Shown here: positions 40,136 to 52,466 of the stretch, one piece after another
Layout of the letters: the number at the start of each line of letters is the position of its first letter
How positions within the stretch are numbered: position 1 is the stretch's first letter
Assembly: GCA_964016885.1 (NCBI GenBank)
Contig: OZ024746.1
Coordinates: forward strand, 81,654,001 to 81,718,000
Length of the DNA stretch: 64,000 bases
Source of the DNA: Eledone cirrhosa
Taxonomy: Eukaryota
Reading direction: 5' to 3'
Notes under the pieces: generated by a model
What the model was told of the DNA's origin: nothing
The model's input: only the letters and a program-made list of their open reading frames with translations
Databases searched by the model: none
Translations under genes and position numbers: made by a program

Positions 40136-40148
40136 CATATATATATAC

Positions 40149-40179
<31 letters not shown>

Positions 40180-40192
40180 CATATATATATAC

Positions 40193-40231
<39 letters not shown>

Positions 40232-40352
40232 CATATATATATGTATATATATATATACATATATATATGTATATATATATATACATATATATATACATAT
40301 ATATATATATACATATATATATACATATATATATACATATATATATACATAC

Positions 40353-40401
<49 letters not shown>

Positions 40402-40464
40402 TATATACATATATATATACATATATATATATATACATATATATATACATATATATATACATAC

Positions 40465-40499
<35 letters not shown>

Positions 40500-40538
40500 C
40501 ATATATATATGTATATATATATATACATATATATATAC

Positions 40539-40587
<49 letters not shown>

Positions 40588-40716
40588 TATATGTATATAT
40601 ATATATACATATATATATACATATATATATATATACATATATATATACATACATATATATATATATATATACATATATATATACATACATATATATATAT
40701 ATATATACATATATAT

Positions 40717-40771
<55 letters not shown>

Positions 40772-40874
40772 TATATACATATATATATACATATATATAT
40801 ACATATATATATACATATATATATACATATATATATACATATATATATACATATATATATACATATATATATAC

Positions 40875-40925
<51 letters not shown>

Positions 40926-40934
40926 CATATATAT

Positions 40935-41010
<76 letters not shown>
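38590..41010. repeat. Complex (TA)n satellite of about 2.4 kb with TACA/TATG/TACG interruptions
   Basis: Seen directly. It is the source of the 650-850 aa pseudo-ORFs. Confidence 0.95.
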
Positions 41011-41017
<7 letters not shown>

Positions 41018-42110
41018 ATTTATGTGTAAGTATATATATATGTATCACTGTCATTTTCATGTCTGCTTTCCCTGCTAGGAAGGGCTATAATCTGCATTAG
41101 ATTTCAGTTGTTTCTGAAAACACTGGAACATTTTACAAAAGTTATGTTCAGGATGTTGAAGCAACTTTATTCTGGTGTCAATTGTATAAGAGTCTATATT
41201 AGTTCTTGTTTCTGTTCAAATGAGGCATATCATCTCAATTATTTTCCTGGAAAAAAAAAAATTGTTTACATATGAATACACACTATATATTGATACATAC
41301 ATATGCACCTCACCATCAAAGGAAAAAAAAACACATACAAAATAATTTCTAACATAGGCACAAGGCCAGAAATTTGGAAGGAAATGTCAATCAATAAACT
41401 CAATCCTTGTACTTTACTATTAAATAGAATAATAATAGGCATAGTTGGCTGTGGCAGGATTTGAACTCAGTTATTATATATATAATTATAATAATTGTTT
41501 CTACTTTAGGCACAAGGCCAGCAATTAACCAGTGTATTACTGGTACTTTATTTTATCGACCCCGTAAGGATGAAAGGCAAAGTTAATTATAATAATGGTT
41601 TCTAAAATAATTACAAGGCCAAAAATATTTTCGATCCCATATATATATATATATATATATATATCAGCCATTTTGAATTCGTGTTTGGCGGGGGCCATTT
41701 CAGAAAATAATCTGTCCTAGCGAATTTGTCCCCTGAAGAGTTCGAAACTCCAGATTTATCCTTAATAGGATATCTCAAAATGAGAACGAAACCCATGGGT
41801 CGGGATTTAGGGATTTAATCCTGGTATGTATATAAGCATTTCTAACTTTAATTTTATACCTAATTGTGTATGGTTGACCGTATATTTAATTAATTTCCAT
41901 GTGCTGTTGAAATGTCGGGTAAATATTCTATGGCGGTTGGCCGCGAAGACACTGCTATCATTTATTTATTTACTGTTTCTTCATAGGTGCCTTTTAATCT
42001 TATAGCCTGGTCTAATTGGTTTTTTTGTGTGGTTAATTATGCTAATTGGGAGAAGAAATTATGTATACATATATTATCAAATGATTCTATGAACATGCTT
42101 TACTTTATAG

Positions 42111-42147
<37 letters not shown>

Positions 42148-42416
42148 AAAAGGTAAACAGAAATAACAACACAATCAGTACAGTATATGGAAGGAATATA
42201 TTAGGTTAACGCTTGAAATAGCAGGAAGAGGGTCTTAACGTTTTGGATGCTAGTCCTTCATCAGAAGAAAGAATGAGAAATTAGATAGTTTGAAGGGACG
42301 GGCAGGGTTAGTGGTGTGAATTGGCAGAATCATTAGAGCATGAAACATATCCAGTTACATATCTCAACATGCTGAGTTCAAATCCTGTCAAAATTAACTT
42401 TTCGAGTTTGATAAAA

Positions 42417-42603
42417 TAATTGTTTCTACTTTAGGCACAAGGCCAGCAATTACCCAGTGCATTACTGGTACTTTATTTTATCGACCCCGTAAGGATGAAA
42501 GGCAAAGTCAACCTTGGCGGGATTTGAACTCAGATCGTAAAGGGACGTAACTATGCTGGAAAGCATGGCGTCCGACCCTCTACCGATACTGCCAATCCAC
42601 CGA
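42417..42603 (-). mobile_element. SINE family A with TSD, nested in an older SINE
   Basis: CGAGTTTGATAAAATAAT is duplicated at 42403-42420 and 42601-42618. Confidence 0.85.
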
Positions 42604-43018
42604 GTTTGATAAAATAATGTATGAGTCAAGCACTGGGGTCGATATAATTGGCCCTCTCCTTCCCCTTGTAATTATTTTAGAAACCATTATTATAATTATT
42701 ATATATATAATAACTGAGTTCAAATCCTGCCACAGCCAACTATGCCTATTATTATTCTGTTTAATAGTAAAATACAGGGATTGAGTTTATTGATTGACAT
42801 TTCCTTCCAAATTTCTGGCCTTGTGCATCATCATCCATCTTCCATGCTAGCATGGGTTATGCCTATGTTAGAAATTATTTTGTATGTGTCAGGCTCATCT
42901 GTCTTCATGAAACCTTTGGTAAATGAAATAATTATCTTATGTTGTTTATTACATAACTAAAAAGCTCTGTAGACTACATAGAGCACTCTCTTTTCCTTTA
43001 CCTTTCCTACGGAAACAC

Positions 43019-43057
<39 letters not shown>

Positions 43058-44168
43058 TTACAGGTGATATGGCGCTTGTCTGACATTTTTGAATCATGGC
43101 AACCTTATTATTGTTAGTAATATAAATATGCTATATGTTCCTAAATATGTTTTAGTTGAAATATATGGTTGAAAGATTTTGGTTGTCAGGTCAGGTGACC
43201 GTGTGTCATGCTCATATAGAACTGTTTCTGGCTTGGTTTCTAAAGCTGGATGCCCTTCTTAGTGCCAATATATATATAAATAAAAAGAGATTGATATATA
43301 ATATAACCAGAACTGTTACAAACTAATTATCTTACTATATTAACTGATGATGATCATCATCATCATTCATGCTATAGTCTTCTATTTATTATTATTCACC
43401 TGAAATAATAACTAGAACTGATTGATGAGGATGATAATAATGATATTGGGCCAATATTTTTCAGCAGATGCTAAAAATTAACTATAGACCATCAAATATA
43501 GAAACATATACAATATCATGCCTTTATGAGTATAATGCTAAAAGGTAATTGAAAGCCAAATAGAGTGATATCCTTGACCTTGTTCTCAACTGTATGATAT
43601 CTATATATCAGGTAGAGTACCATCACTATTTCTGGACTGATTTCAGCCAACTTACTCAGTTATATAATTTACTCTCAATATCTCGCGACCCACTCCCAAT
43701 AATGTAAACATACAGGCACATACACTAATATAGAAATACACATAAACATATACACAAAAAGATGTCATATATCATTGATAAAATACAAAATAATTGTTTC
43801 TACATTTGGCACAAGGCCAATAATTTGAAGGGAAAGAGAAAGTCGACTAAATCAACCCCAGTGTGTTACTGGTACTTTATTTTATCGAACTCATAAGGAT
43901 GAAAGGCAAAGTAACCTTGGTCGGATTTGAACTCAGAACATAAAGGGCCGTAACTAAATATTGCAAAGCAGTTTGTCCTGATTGATATTCCTAACTGATT
44001 TTAAATAAAAGACTTTTGTTTTTACTCAGAAATAATAAAAGTAATGACTATTATGACAACAACATCAAGAATGACAATAAAAACATTTTGTCTCTGCAAT
44101 CAAAAACCAGTCTCTGCTAGAAAGCAATAAAATCTTACCATATGTGATGTGAAGTGGATGTTTCTCTG

Positions 44169-44372
44169 CTAACTGTCAGTCTGGAGATGACATTCGTCAA
44201 ACGGAGGTAAACCAAACAGTTCTGGTTGGAAGTCTTCCAGCGTATCTAATATAATAGAAGCCTTGTCCAAAAGCTGTGAACGGTTGGCACGGGAATCTGG
44301 CACCCAGACAACCTGCATTCCAGCAGAAAAGGCAGAAACAACACCATTCGGTGCATCTTCAAAAACAAGTAC
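44169..44372 (-). CDS. PUDP: Last coding exon of pseudouridine-5'-phosphatase (HAD-like hydrolase HDHD1/GS1)
   Basis: Acceptor TTTACTTCTCTTTTTCAG is followed by VLVFEDAPNGVVSAFSAGMQVVWVPDSRANRSQLLDKASIILDTLEDFQPELFGLPPFDECHLQTDS-stop. HAD motif IV (FEDAPNGV) and the FQPELFGLP C-terminus are characteristic of HDHD1. Confidence 0.93.
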   Translation of the reverse strand, partial: VLVFEDAPNGVVSAFSAGMQVVWVPDSRANRSQLLDKASIILDTLEDFQPELFGLPPFDECHLQTDS

Positions 44373-44386
44373 CTGAAAAAGAGAAG

Positions 44387-44446
<60 letters not shown>

Positions 44447-44454
44447 TTTTTCAT

Positions 44455-44792
44455 TTTTCATTTTATTTTATTTTACGTCCGCTTTTTCCCTGCTTGCAAG
44501 GGTGGGACGGGAACTGATTCTGACTTGATTTCTACAGCTAGATGCCCTTCCTAACACCAACCTCATTTACAGTGAGTGCTGGGTGCTTTTTTGCTGTGGC
44601 ACCTCCATGACCACTTTGCAGTGGAATGACAGAGACCCCAGTCCCTATCATCTCATTTCTACAGCTGAGTAAACTGGAGCAATGTGAAATAAAGTGTCTT
44701 GCTCAAGGAAACAACACATCACCTGGTCTGAGAATTCAACTCACAACCTTTCGATTGCAAGGCCAATGATCTAACTACTAAGCCATGTGCTT

Positions 44793-44795
<3 letters not shown>
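44455..44795 (-). mobile_element. SINE family B with RTE-type tail
   Basis: Reverse complement of the 52467-52810 copy. Confidence 0.85.
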
Positions 44796-44835
<40 letters not shown>

Positions 44836-45217
44836 TTTATATAAGGAGTTGTACTTCAAAAGTGTAAAGTGGAGGAATGCTACTAATTCTGTAAAAATCA
44901 AAGTACTGATAGGAAGATTAGTCAGAAAAGACAGGTGAGAGGATAGATTCTCTTTCAACACTGGCCAACTAACTGTGTAACAGCAATATGACAGATACAG
45001 TCGAGGCAAGTTCCATCAGTTGGGTTAAGTACATTATGGTTGTACTACATCATCATCATCATCATCACCGTTTTACGTCTGTTCTTCCATGCTAGCATGG
45101 GTTAGATGCATTGTCCTGTTGTGGGCAGTGTCTGGTCGGCTGACCATGCCTTGCTCATACAGGAACTGATTCTGGCTTGATTTCTACAGCTGGATGCCCT
45201 TCCTAACACCAACCTCA

Positions 45218-46540
45218 TTTACAGTGTGGGCTGGGTGCTTTTTTCCGTGGTGCCTACACGTCCACTTTACAGTGTGGGCTGGGTGCTTTTTTCCGTGGTG
45301 CCTACACGTCCACTTTACAGTGTGGGCTGGGTGCTTTTTTCCGTGGTGCCTACACGTCCACTTTACAGTGTGGGCTGGGTGCTTTTTTCCGTGGTGCCTA
45401 CACGTCCACTTTACAGTGTGGGCTGGGTGCTTTTTTCCGTGGTGCCTACACGTCCACTTTACAGTGTGGGCTGGGTGCTTTTTTCCGTGGTGCCTACACG
45501 TCCACTTTACAGTGTGGGCTGGGTGCTTTTTTCCGTGGTGCCTACACGTCCACTTTACAGTGTGGGCTGGGTGCTTTTTTCCGTGGTGCCTACACGTCCA
45601 CTTTACAGTGTGGGCTGGGTGCTTTTTTCCGTGGTGCCTACACGTCCACTTTACAGTGTGGGCTGGGTGCTTTTTTCCGTGGTGCCTACACGTCCACTTT
45701 ACAGTGTGGGCTGGGTGCTTTTTTCCGTGGTGCCTACACGTCCACTTTACAGTGTGGGCTGGGTGCTTTTTTCCGTGGTGCCTACACATCCACTTTACAG
45801 TGTGGGCTGGGTGCTTTTTTCCGTGGTGCCTACACATCCACTTTACAGTGTGGGCTGGGTGCTTTTTTCCGTGGTGCCTACACGTCCACTTTACAGTGTG
45901 GGCTGGGTGCTTTTTTCCGTGGTGCCTACACGTCCACTTTACAGTGTGGGCTGGGTGCTTTTTTCCGTGGTGCCTACACATCCACTTTACAGTGTGGGCT
46001 GGGTGCTTTTTTCCGTGGTGCCTACACGTCCACTTTACAGTGTGGGCTGGGTGCTTTTTTCCGTGGTGCCTACACGTCCACTTTACAGTGTGGGCTGGGT
46101 GCTTTTTTCCGTGGTGCCTACACGTCCACTTTACAGTGTGGGCTGGGTGCTTTTTTCCGTGGTGCCTACACGTCCACTTTACAGTGTGGGCTGGGTGCTT
46201 TTTTCCGTGGTGCCTACACGTCCACTTTACAGTGTGGGCTGGGTGCTTTTTTCCGTGGTGCCTACACATCCACTTTACAGTGTGGGCTGGGTGCTTTTTT
46301 CCGTGGTGCCTACACATCCACTTTACAGTGTGGGCTGGGTGCTTTTTTCCGTGGTGCCTACACGTCCACTTTACAGTGTGGGCTGGGTGCTTTTTTCCGT
46401 GGTGCCTACACATCCACTTTACAGTGTGGGCTGGGTGCTTTTTTCCGTGGTGCCTACACGTCCACTTTACAGTGTGGGCTGGGTGCTTTTTTCCGTGGTG
46501 CCTACACGTCCACTTTACAGTGTGGGCTGGGTGCTTTTTT
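45218..46540. repeat. 48-bp minisatellite, about 27 near-identical copies, inside an RTE-tail repeat
   Basis: Unit TTTACAGTGTGGGCTGGGTGCTTTTTTCCGTGGTGCCTACACGTCCAC, with only a G/A variant. Preceded by the tail GGATGCCCTTCCTAACACCAACC. Confidence 0.95.
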
Positions 46541-46560
46541 TTTTTTACATATCTATAGAG

Positions 46561-46752
46561 ATAATTGTTTCTACTTTTGGCACAAGGCCAGCAATTACCC
46601 AGTACATTACTGGTACTTTATTTTATCGACACCGTAAGGATGAAAGGCAAAGTTAACCTCGGCAGGATTTGAACTCAGAATGGCAAGGGACGTAACTCTA
46701 TGCGTCAAAGCATGGCGTCCGACCCTCTACCGATACTGCCAATCCACCACCC
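46561..46752 (-). mobile_element. SINE family A with TSD
   Basis: ATCTATAGAGATAAT is duplicated on both sides. Confidence 0.85.
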
Positions 46753-46928
46753 TACATCTATAGAGATAATACCAGTAGGTACATCAGATAGGCATATTAC
46801 AATTCTGTTATTATCAATTATCAAGAAAGAATATTTTCGCAGTATCACTGATCCATACGGAACCATTCACACCCACACCCTTCACAAGATGCATGCCCCA
46901 CCCTAGACCTACCTCTCCAATCCCCACA

Positions 46929-47118
46929 AATGTGAATTTGTTGCAGAAAACAGCCTTGCAAGGGACAACAAGAATTCTAAGAAGGGTGTTGGAAAGTTGA
47001 AGGAGAAGGGATGACCCAATGGACATTTCACCATTGGCTATGGGTTGCACATTTGATATAATGTCAGTACAACATCTGCCATTGCAAAAGCATTACAAAT
47101 ACTACTACTAATAATAAT
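46929..47118 (+). mobile_element. 3' end of an R4/Dong-like (RLE) non-LTR retrotransposon
   Basis: Frame 46929-47000 reads NVNLLQKTALQGTTRILRRVLES-stop, matching the LQKxxLLGTxRILRxVL terminus. A (TAC)n(TAA)n tail follows. Confidence 0.65.
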
Positions 47119-47519
47119 TGTTTCTATATTTGGCACAAGGCCAGCAATTTGAAGGGAAGATGAAAGTCGACTAAATAGACCCCAGTGCATTACTGGTCCT
47201 TTATTTTACTGTAAGGATGAAAGGCAAAGTTAAACATTGGAGGATTTGAACTCAGAATGTAAAGGGCCATATGCAGCAAAGCATAATGTCCGATGCTCTA
47301 ATGATACTGCCAATCCATAAAAAATAAAAACAGAATGTTTTTATAATGATCTTGGTATGGCCATGTTACTTCATCAGATAGTGACATGAAGTGCTTCCAT
47401 TTGATAATAATCATCACTTATTATTCCTGGGCTTCTAGCTCATCCTTCCTGATGCTATGGTAATGACAAAACATTTTCCCACCAAATAAATTTATAAACA
47501 ACACATTTTATGTCTTCTC

Positions 47520-47748
47520 TTAATCCTTTAGCATTTAAACCGGCCATATCCAGTTGGAATACTCTCACTTCTTTCTTTTTAAACTGGCTATAACCAGCCA
47601 CTCATACTGACATTAAGGTATTGTTCTCAAAATAAATAATATCAAAATCTCATAGATTCGATATTATGTGAGACAATTACATGAGATAAAGTATTTACCG
47701 AGAAAATATAATAGTGTATATAGAGAAATGTAAATGCTAATGGGTTAA
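47520..47748. mobile_element. piggyBac-like MITE
   Basis: TTAATCCTTTAGCATTTA...AAATGCTAATGGGTTAA. Confidence 0.75.
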
Positions 47749-48240
47749 AGCCAATCCTTAATTACAAATCAACAGTCAGGCCATGTGTTGTAAGCATGCA
47801 ACTGGCAAAGCTGCTCATGTGACTTGGGCAGGTATAGGTGTAACATGTCTGTATGCTAAGTGGTGAACTGGCAGCATTAAAATCAGGCTCAATGTCCAAG
47901 CAGTCTGGTCGTTGTTGGTTTGTAGTAGCAGATTTCTTGTATTACTGTTGATTCACAGGGTAAGATTACGTGGGCGATAGGTCATGTCAAGCACGTATTC
48001 TTCTTTTCCTTCCTGTTTTGCCCGTCACAGTGTCTGGAACTACTTCTTTGTTTCCTTCTCCACTTTTGTCGATTTTTCTGGAAAAGTGTCGTCGTTGTCA
48101 TTTATTTTTTTTATCTGTCCAGACGATAGTGACCAACAACCATTCTTATGGCAATATAAGTAAAAACATCTCTTTGTTCCTTTTCTATGCATGATCACAG
48201 ATATGTGCACAAGTATATGTGCGTGTGTGTGTCTGTATAT

Positions 48241-48271
<31 letters not shown>

Positions 48272-49904
48272 GATGATGATGATGATATGTGTCTGGCAGA
48301 ATCCATAGTAGTGATAGAGTAGAGTAAGTAAGTATAACATTCATTAAGTGACTAGAGAGAGGGGGGGGGGGGAGAAAGAAAGAGAGACTAAGAAAGAAAG
48401 AGTGAAAGATAGGATATGAGGATTTGAAAATGATAATGATAAAATAAAAGAAAGCAACACACACACATACATACACACATACAATTAAACATATATACAC
48501 AGATGCAAACTTACAATGAAATATAATCAGAGGAAACAAAGGGGAGTGGAATGTGGAATGGACCTCAGTCAATTTCAACAGCGAGTGTTCCAATTGTAGG
48601 ATCAATGGAACAGTATGCTTATGAATACTGACAAGGCAGGCTCTTTGAATTACAAGTACAGTTCATTCAACCGGCTTCCATGCAGTTTCTGTCTACCCAA
48701 GTTCACTTACAAGGCATGGTTTGACATGAAGCTATGGTAAATGACACTTGTCCATAATGCCCCATAGTGGGATTGAATTCAGGACCTAATGATTGCTAAA
48801 TCAACTTCTTAACAATCTGGCCAAGCTGTGACCATGAAGTATTATGTGTAATACATGAAAAGAGAAGAAATATTGAATGGTTTATGTAGTCTTTCACTCA
48901 GATATGAAAGAATACGAGACATTATTCAATACACAGTGAGGAAGTCAGTGTTACACACACACGCACGCACACACACATACATTGTATTGGTTTATTATTC
49001 AATGCTGACAGAGAAAACTCTGTTCTACAACCGAGATAGAATAAACTGTTACACTGACACATACTCTCCTTACAAATATAAGTGTATGTTTATTAATCAG
49101 TGTCTGTGTAAATGCAGCAATTGGCAGAGTTATTAGAATACTAGACACAAATGCATTGTGGTATTCGTTCTGGCTCTCTGCGCTCTGAGTTCAGATGCTG
49201 CCAAGGTCAACTTTGCCTTTCATCCTTTGCGGTCTATAAAGTACTCATCCAAAACTGTGGTTTATTCTTCTTCTATCTCTCTTTTTCATTTTTTCTCTCT
49301 ATCATATTAATAGGCAGTAACACTAACACGGTGTGATATATATGTAGAGGCATGTTAGTGCTAATTAATACCAGCCCATGAAGCCCACACTGTATGCAAA
49401 TGAGCATCCCCTTAAATGTATTGTTTGCAAAAATCTCTATATAAGCTGTGAGCTTATCAGACTCGGTCAGTTGCTATAAGATAGCTTATAAAAATTGGGT
49501 AACAACCCTTAGAGACAGAAAAATGTTGCCAGCAGCCACAGCTACGAAGAATCAAACTCTGTATCTCAAAAGCTGCGTGATTCAGCTCCTTAATTGGATA
49601 GTAAGATGTTGTCAGGAGTCCCTTAGTTCAATTGTTAGAGCACCTAGCTTGTATCTGAGAAATACAGATTTCAATACTTTGTAGCAGTCACTTTAAATAT
49701 TTTTCCACCTCTAAGGGTCTTTGCCTGATTTTTATAAGGTATTTTATAACAACTAGCTGTAACTGCAGTTATTTTCTGTACTTGAGTTTCCAACATCTTA
49801 TACTTCTCTGTGCTTTGTAAGTTTGAAAATTCAAGCTTCACACACAACATTTGTTTCTATATATTTCTCTCTCTCTCTCTCTCTAATTTTTATAAGCTAT
49901 ATAT

Positions 49905-50079
49905 ATATATGTATATATGCATGCAAATAGATGTGTATATAGACTTATATACAAATACATGCGTGTGAGTGTGTGTATGAATGTATGTATATGTATATAT
50001 ATATATATATGCATGCAAATAGATGTGTATATAGACTTATATACAAATACATGCATGTGAGTGTGTGTATGAATGTATG

Positions 50080-50146
<67 letters not shown>

Positions 50147-50289
50147 GCATGCAAATAGATGAGTATATAGACTTATATACAAATACATGCGTGTGAGTGT
50201 GTGTATGAATGTATATATATATGCATGCAAATAGATGTGTATATAGACTTATATACAAATACATGCGTGTGAGTGTGTGTATGAATGTA

Positions 50290-50378
<89 letters not shown>

Positions 50379-50445
50379 GCATGCAAATAGATGTGTATAT
50401 AGACTTATATACAAATACATGCGTGTGAATGTGTGTATGTATGTA
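49905..50445. repeat. Compound tandem repeat: five copies of a ~70-bp unit separated by variable (TA)n
   Basis: ATGCATGCAAATAGATGTGTATATAGACTTATATACAAATACATGC occurs five times. Confidence 0.9.
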
Positions 50446-50454
50446 TATATATAT

Positions 50455-50499
<45 letters not shown>

Positions 50500-50778
50500 T
50501 ACATATACATAAGAGAAAGTCAGACAACGACAAACAGAGTATGACCAATTGCTACTAAATAGTCTAACTGGCTTACTAAGATCATAAATGTGATAATTAT
50601 AATGGTTAAAAGCTTCTATTTGCAGGGCTCTGGTTACTCAGATTCATTGAATAGACATAGACCAGTAATATATACATGCAACACATTCAAACAAATACAT
50701 ATACATGTTTACTAACAGACACACACATCTGCAGATATATATGTGAGTGTGAGTATATATCTATATAGTATATATATG

Positions 50779-50829
<51 letters not shown>

Positions 50830-50837
50830 ATTTAGAT

Positions 50838-51372
50838 AGACGGTAGCCACGGAGTAGGCAGACCCAGAAAAACCTGGGACGACCTGATAAATTCCGACCT
50901 CACACACTTACACCTCTCCAAGACAATGTCACTGGACCGAGATCTTTGGCGGTACTCAGTAATAGAGAAGACCCGCCTTACCTAAATACAAAGTAAAACC
51001 TACTACAGTCAGTAGGCATCTCTAACAAAATACACCCCATACCGCCACCACCCCCACCCCATCCACACCACCCCGTTCTATGTAAAGTTATGTTGGTGCC
51101 ACAACATCCAGGCCGTAACAGATGAGATCGTGTAGGTGTCACGACAAAAAAAACATACAGTCCACGCTGTAATGTGGCCATGTAGGCAACACGGTAAAAA
51201 CCTCCCAGTCCCACACTGTAAATGTGGTTGGTGTTAGGAAGGGCATCCAGCTGTAGAAAACCCGCCAGACAGTCCTATGCGAGCAAGACAACCACTCTTG
51301 CCTCAAGTGGAAAAACTCTGGTCCAAATCCATGCAAGTGTGGAACATGGACGTTAAACGATGATGATGATGA
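50838..51372 (+). mobile_element. 5'-truncated RTE LINE: ORF end, 3' UTR and (GAT)n tail
   Basis: Peptide GVGRPRKTWDDLINSDL..DRDLWRYSV. The UTR contains GGTTGGTGTTAGGAAGGGCATCCAGCTGTAGAAA, which is shared with SINE family B tails. Confidence 0.85.
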
Positions 51373-51427
51373 TATTAGAAAGTGATTTTTTTTTTACAAA
51401 ATGAAAAATAACCTACACAAGTGAAAG

Positions 51428-51620
51428 TATAAAGAAAAAAAAGATGAAATCGAAAATGCAACTGGAGTCTTATTTTTAAAAAAATATATATATTTATTTG
51501 GTTCCTTTACCGGTTTCGAAACTTTAACTGCGAAACCGGTAAAGGAACCAAATAAATATATATATTTTTTTTAAAATAAGACTCCAGTTGCATTTTCGAT
51601 TTCATCTTTTTTTCTTTATA
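51428..51620. repeat. Near-perfect inverted repeat with ~90-bp arms and a 12-nt spacer
   Basis: ...GGTTCCTTTACCGGTTTCG-AAACTTTAACTG-CGAAACCGGTAAAGGAACC... Confidence 0.95.
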
Positions 51621-51624
51621 TCAT

Positions 51625-51968
51625 TTCATCATCATCATCATTTCATTTTACGTCCGCTTTTTCCCTGCTTGCAAGGGTGGGACGGGAACTGATTTTGGCT
51701 TGATTTCTACAGCTGGATGCCCTTCCTAACACCAACCTCATTTATAGTGAGTGCTGGGTGCTTTTTTGCCATGGCACTTCCACAACCACTTTGCAGTGGA
51801 GTGATATGGACCCCCAGTCCCTATCATCTCATTTCTACAGCTGAGTAAACTGGAGCAATGTGAAATAACGTGTCTTGCTCAAGGAAACAACACATCACCC
51901 GGTCTGAGAATTGAACTCACAACCTTTTGATTGCAAGGCCAATGCTCTAACCACTAAGCCATGTGCCT
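51625..51968 (-). mobile_element. SINE family B with RTE-type tail
   Basis: Reverse complement of 52467-52810. Confidence 0.85.
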
Positions 51969-52055
51969 TTATATATATATATAAAGAAAAAAGATGAAAT
52001 CGAAAATGCAACTGGAGTCTTATTTTAAAAAAAATATATATATTTATTTATAAAA

Positions 52056-52181
<126 letters not shown>

Positions 52182-52228
52182 AGTGATATGTGCTTACTCT
52201 GTATTTGACTAAATATTTGTATATACAG

Positions 52229-52260
<32 letters not shown>

Positions 52261-52263
<3 letters not shown>

Positions 52264-52455
52264 GAAAAGATTCAGGATCCCAATGGCTGAGTTCCGGCCA
52301 TTTCAACAGCTAGATCCGAGTTTGGATCTAGCTGTCAAAACAGTTAGAGCTCAGCCATCAGGGTCCTGAATCTTTTCATATTACCCACTCTACTACCCCA
52401 AGTATCAAGTACTCTGGCGGGTTATGGTCCACCTGGTATTTACCACCCTTTCTGA
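52261..52455 (+). mobile_element. Hairpin-headed non-autonomous element, most complete copy
   Basis: A 120-nt fold-back (52261-52380) plus a conserved tail, flanked by (TA)n. Confidence 0.7.
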
Positions 52456-52466
52456 TATATATATAT

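Noticed and set aside
38560-41100. ORFs of 650-850 aa
   Set aside because: They are translations of a (TA)n satellite in all frames. The same applies to the many YI, CV and HT ORFs elsewhere.
41728-41765. Hammerhead-like CTGAAGAGTTCGAAAC
   Set aside because: No stem I and no proper stem III or NUH triplet.
45184-46656. Repeat proteins of 409-476 aa (CRHHGKKHPAH, metal-binding-like)
   Set aside because: A stop-poor 48-bp TE-derived unit is open in several frames on both strands, with no codon-position pattern of variation.
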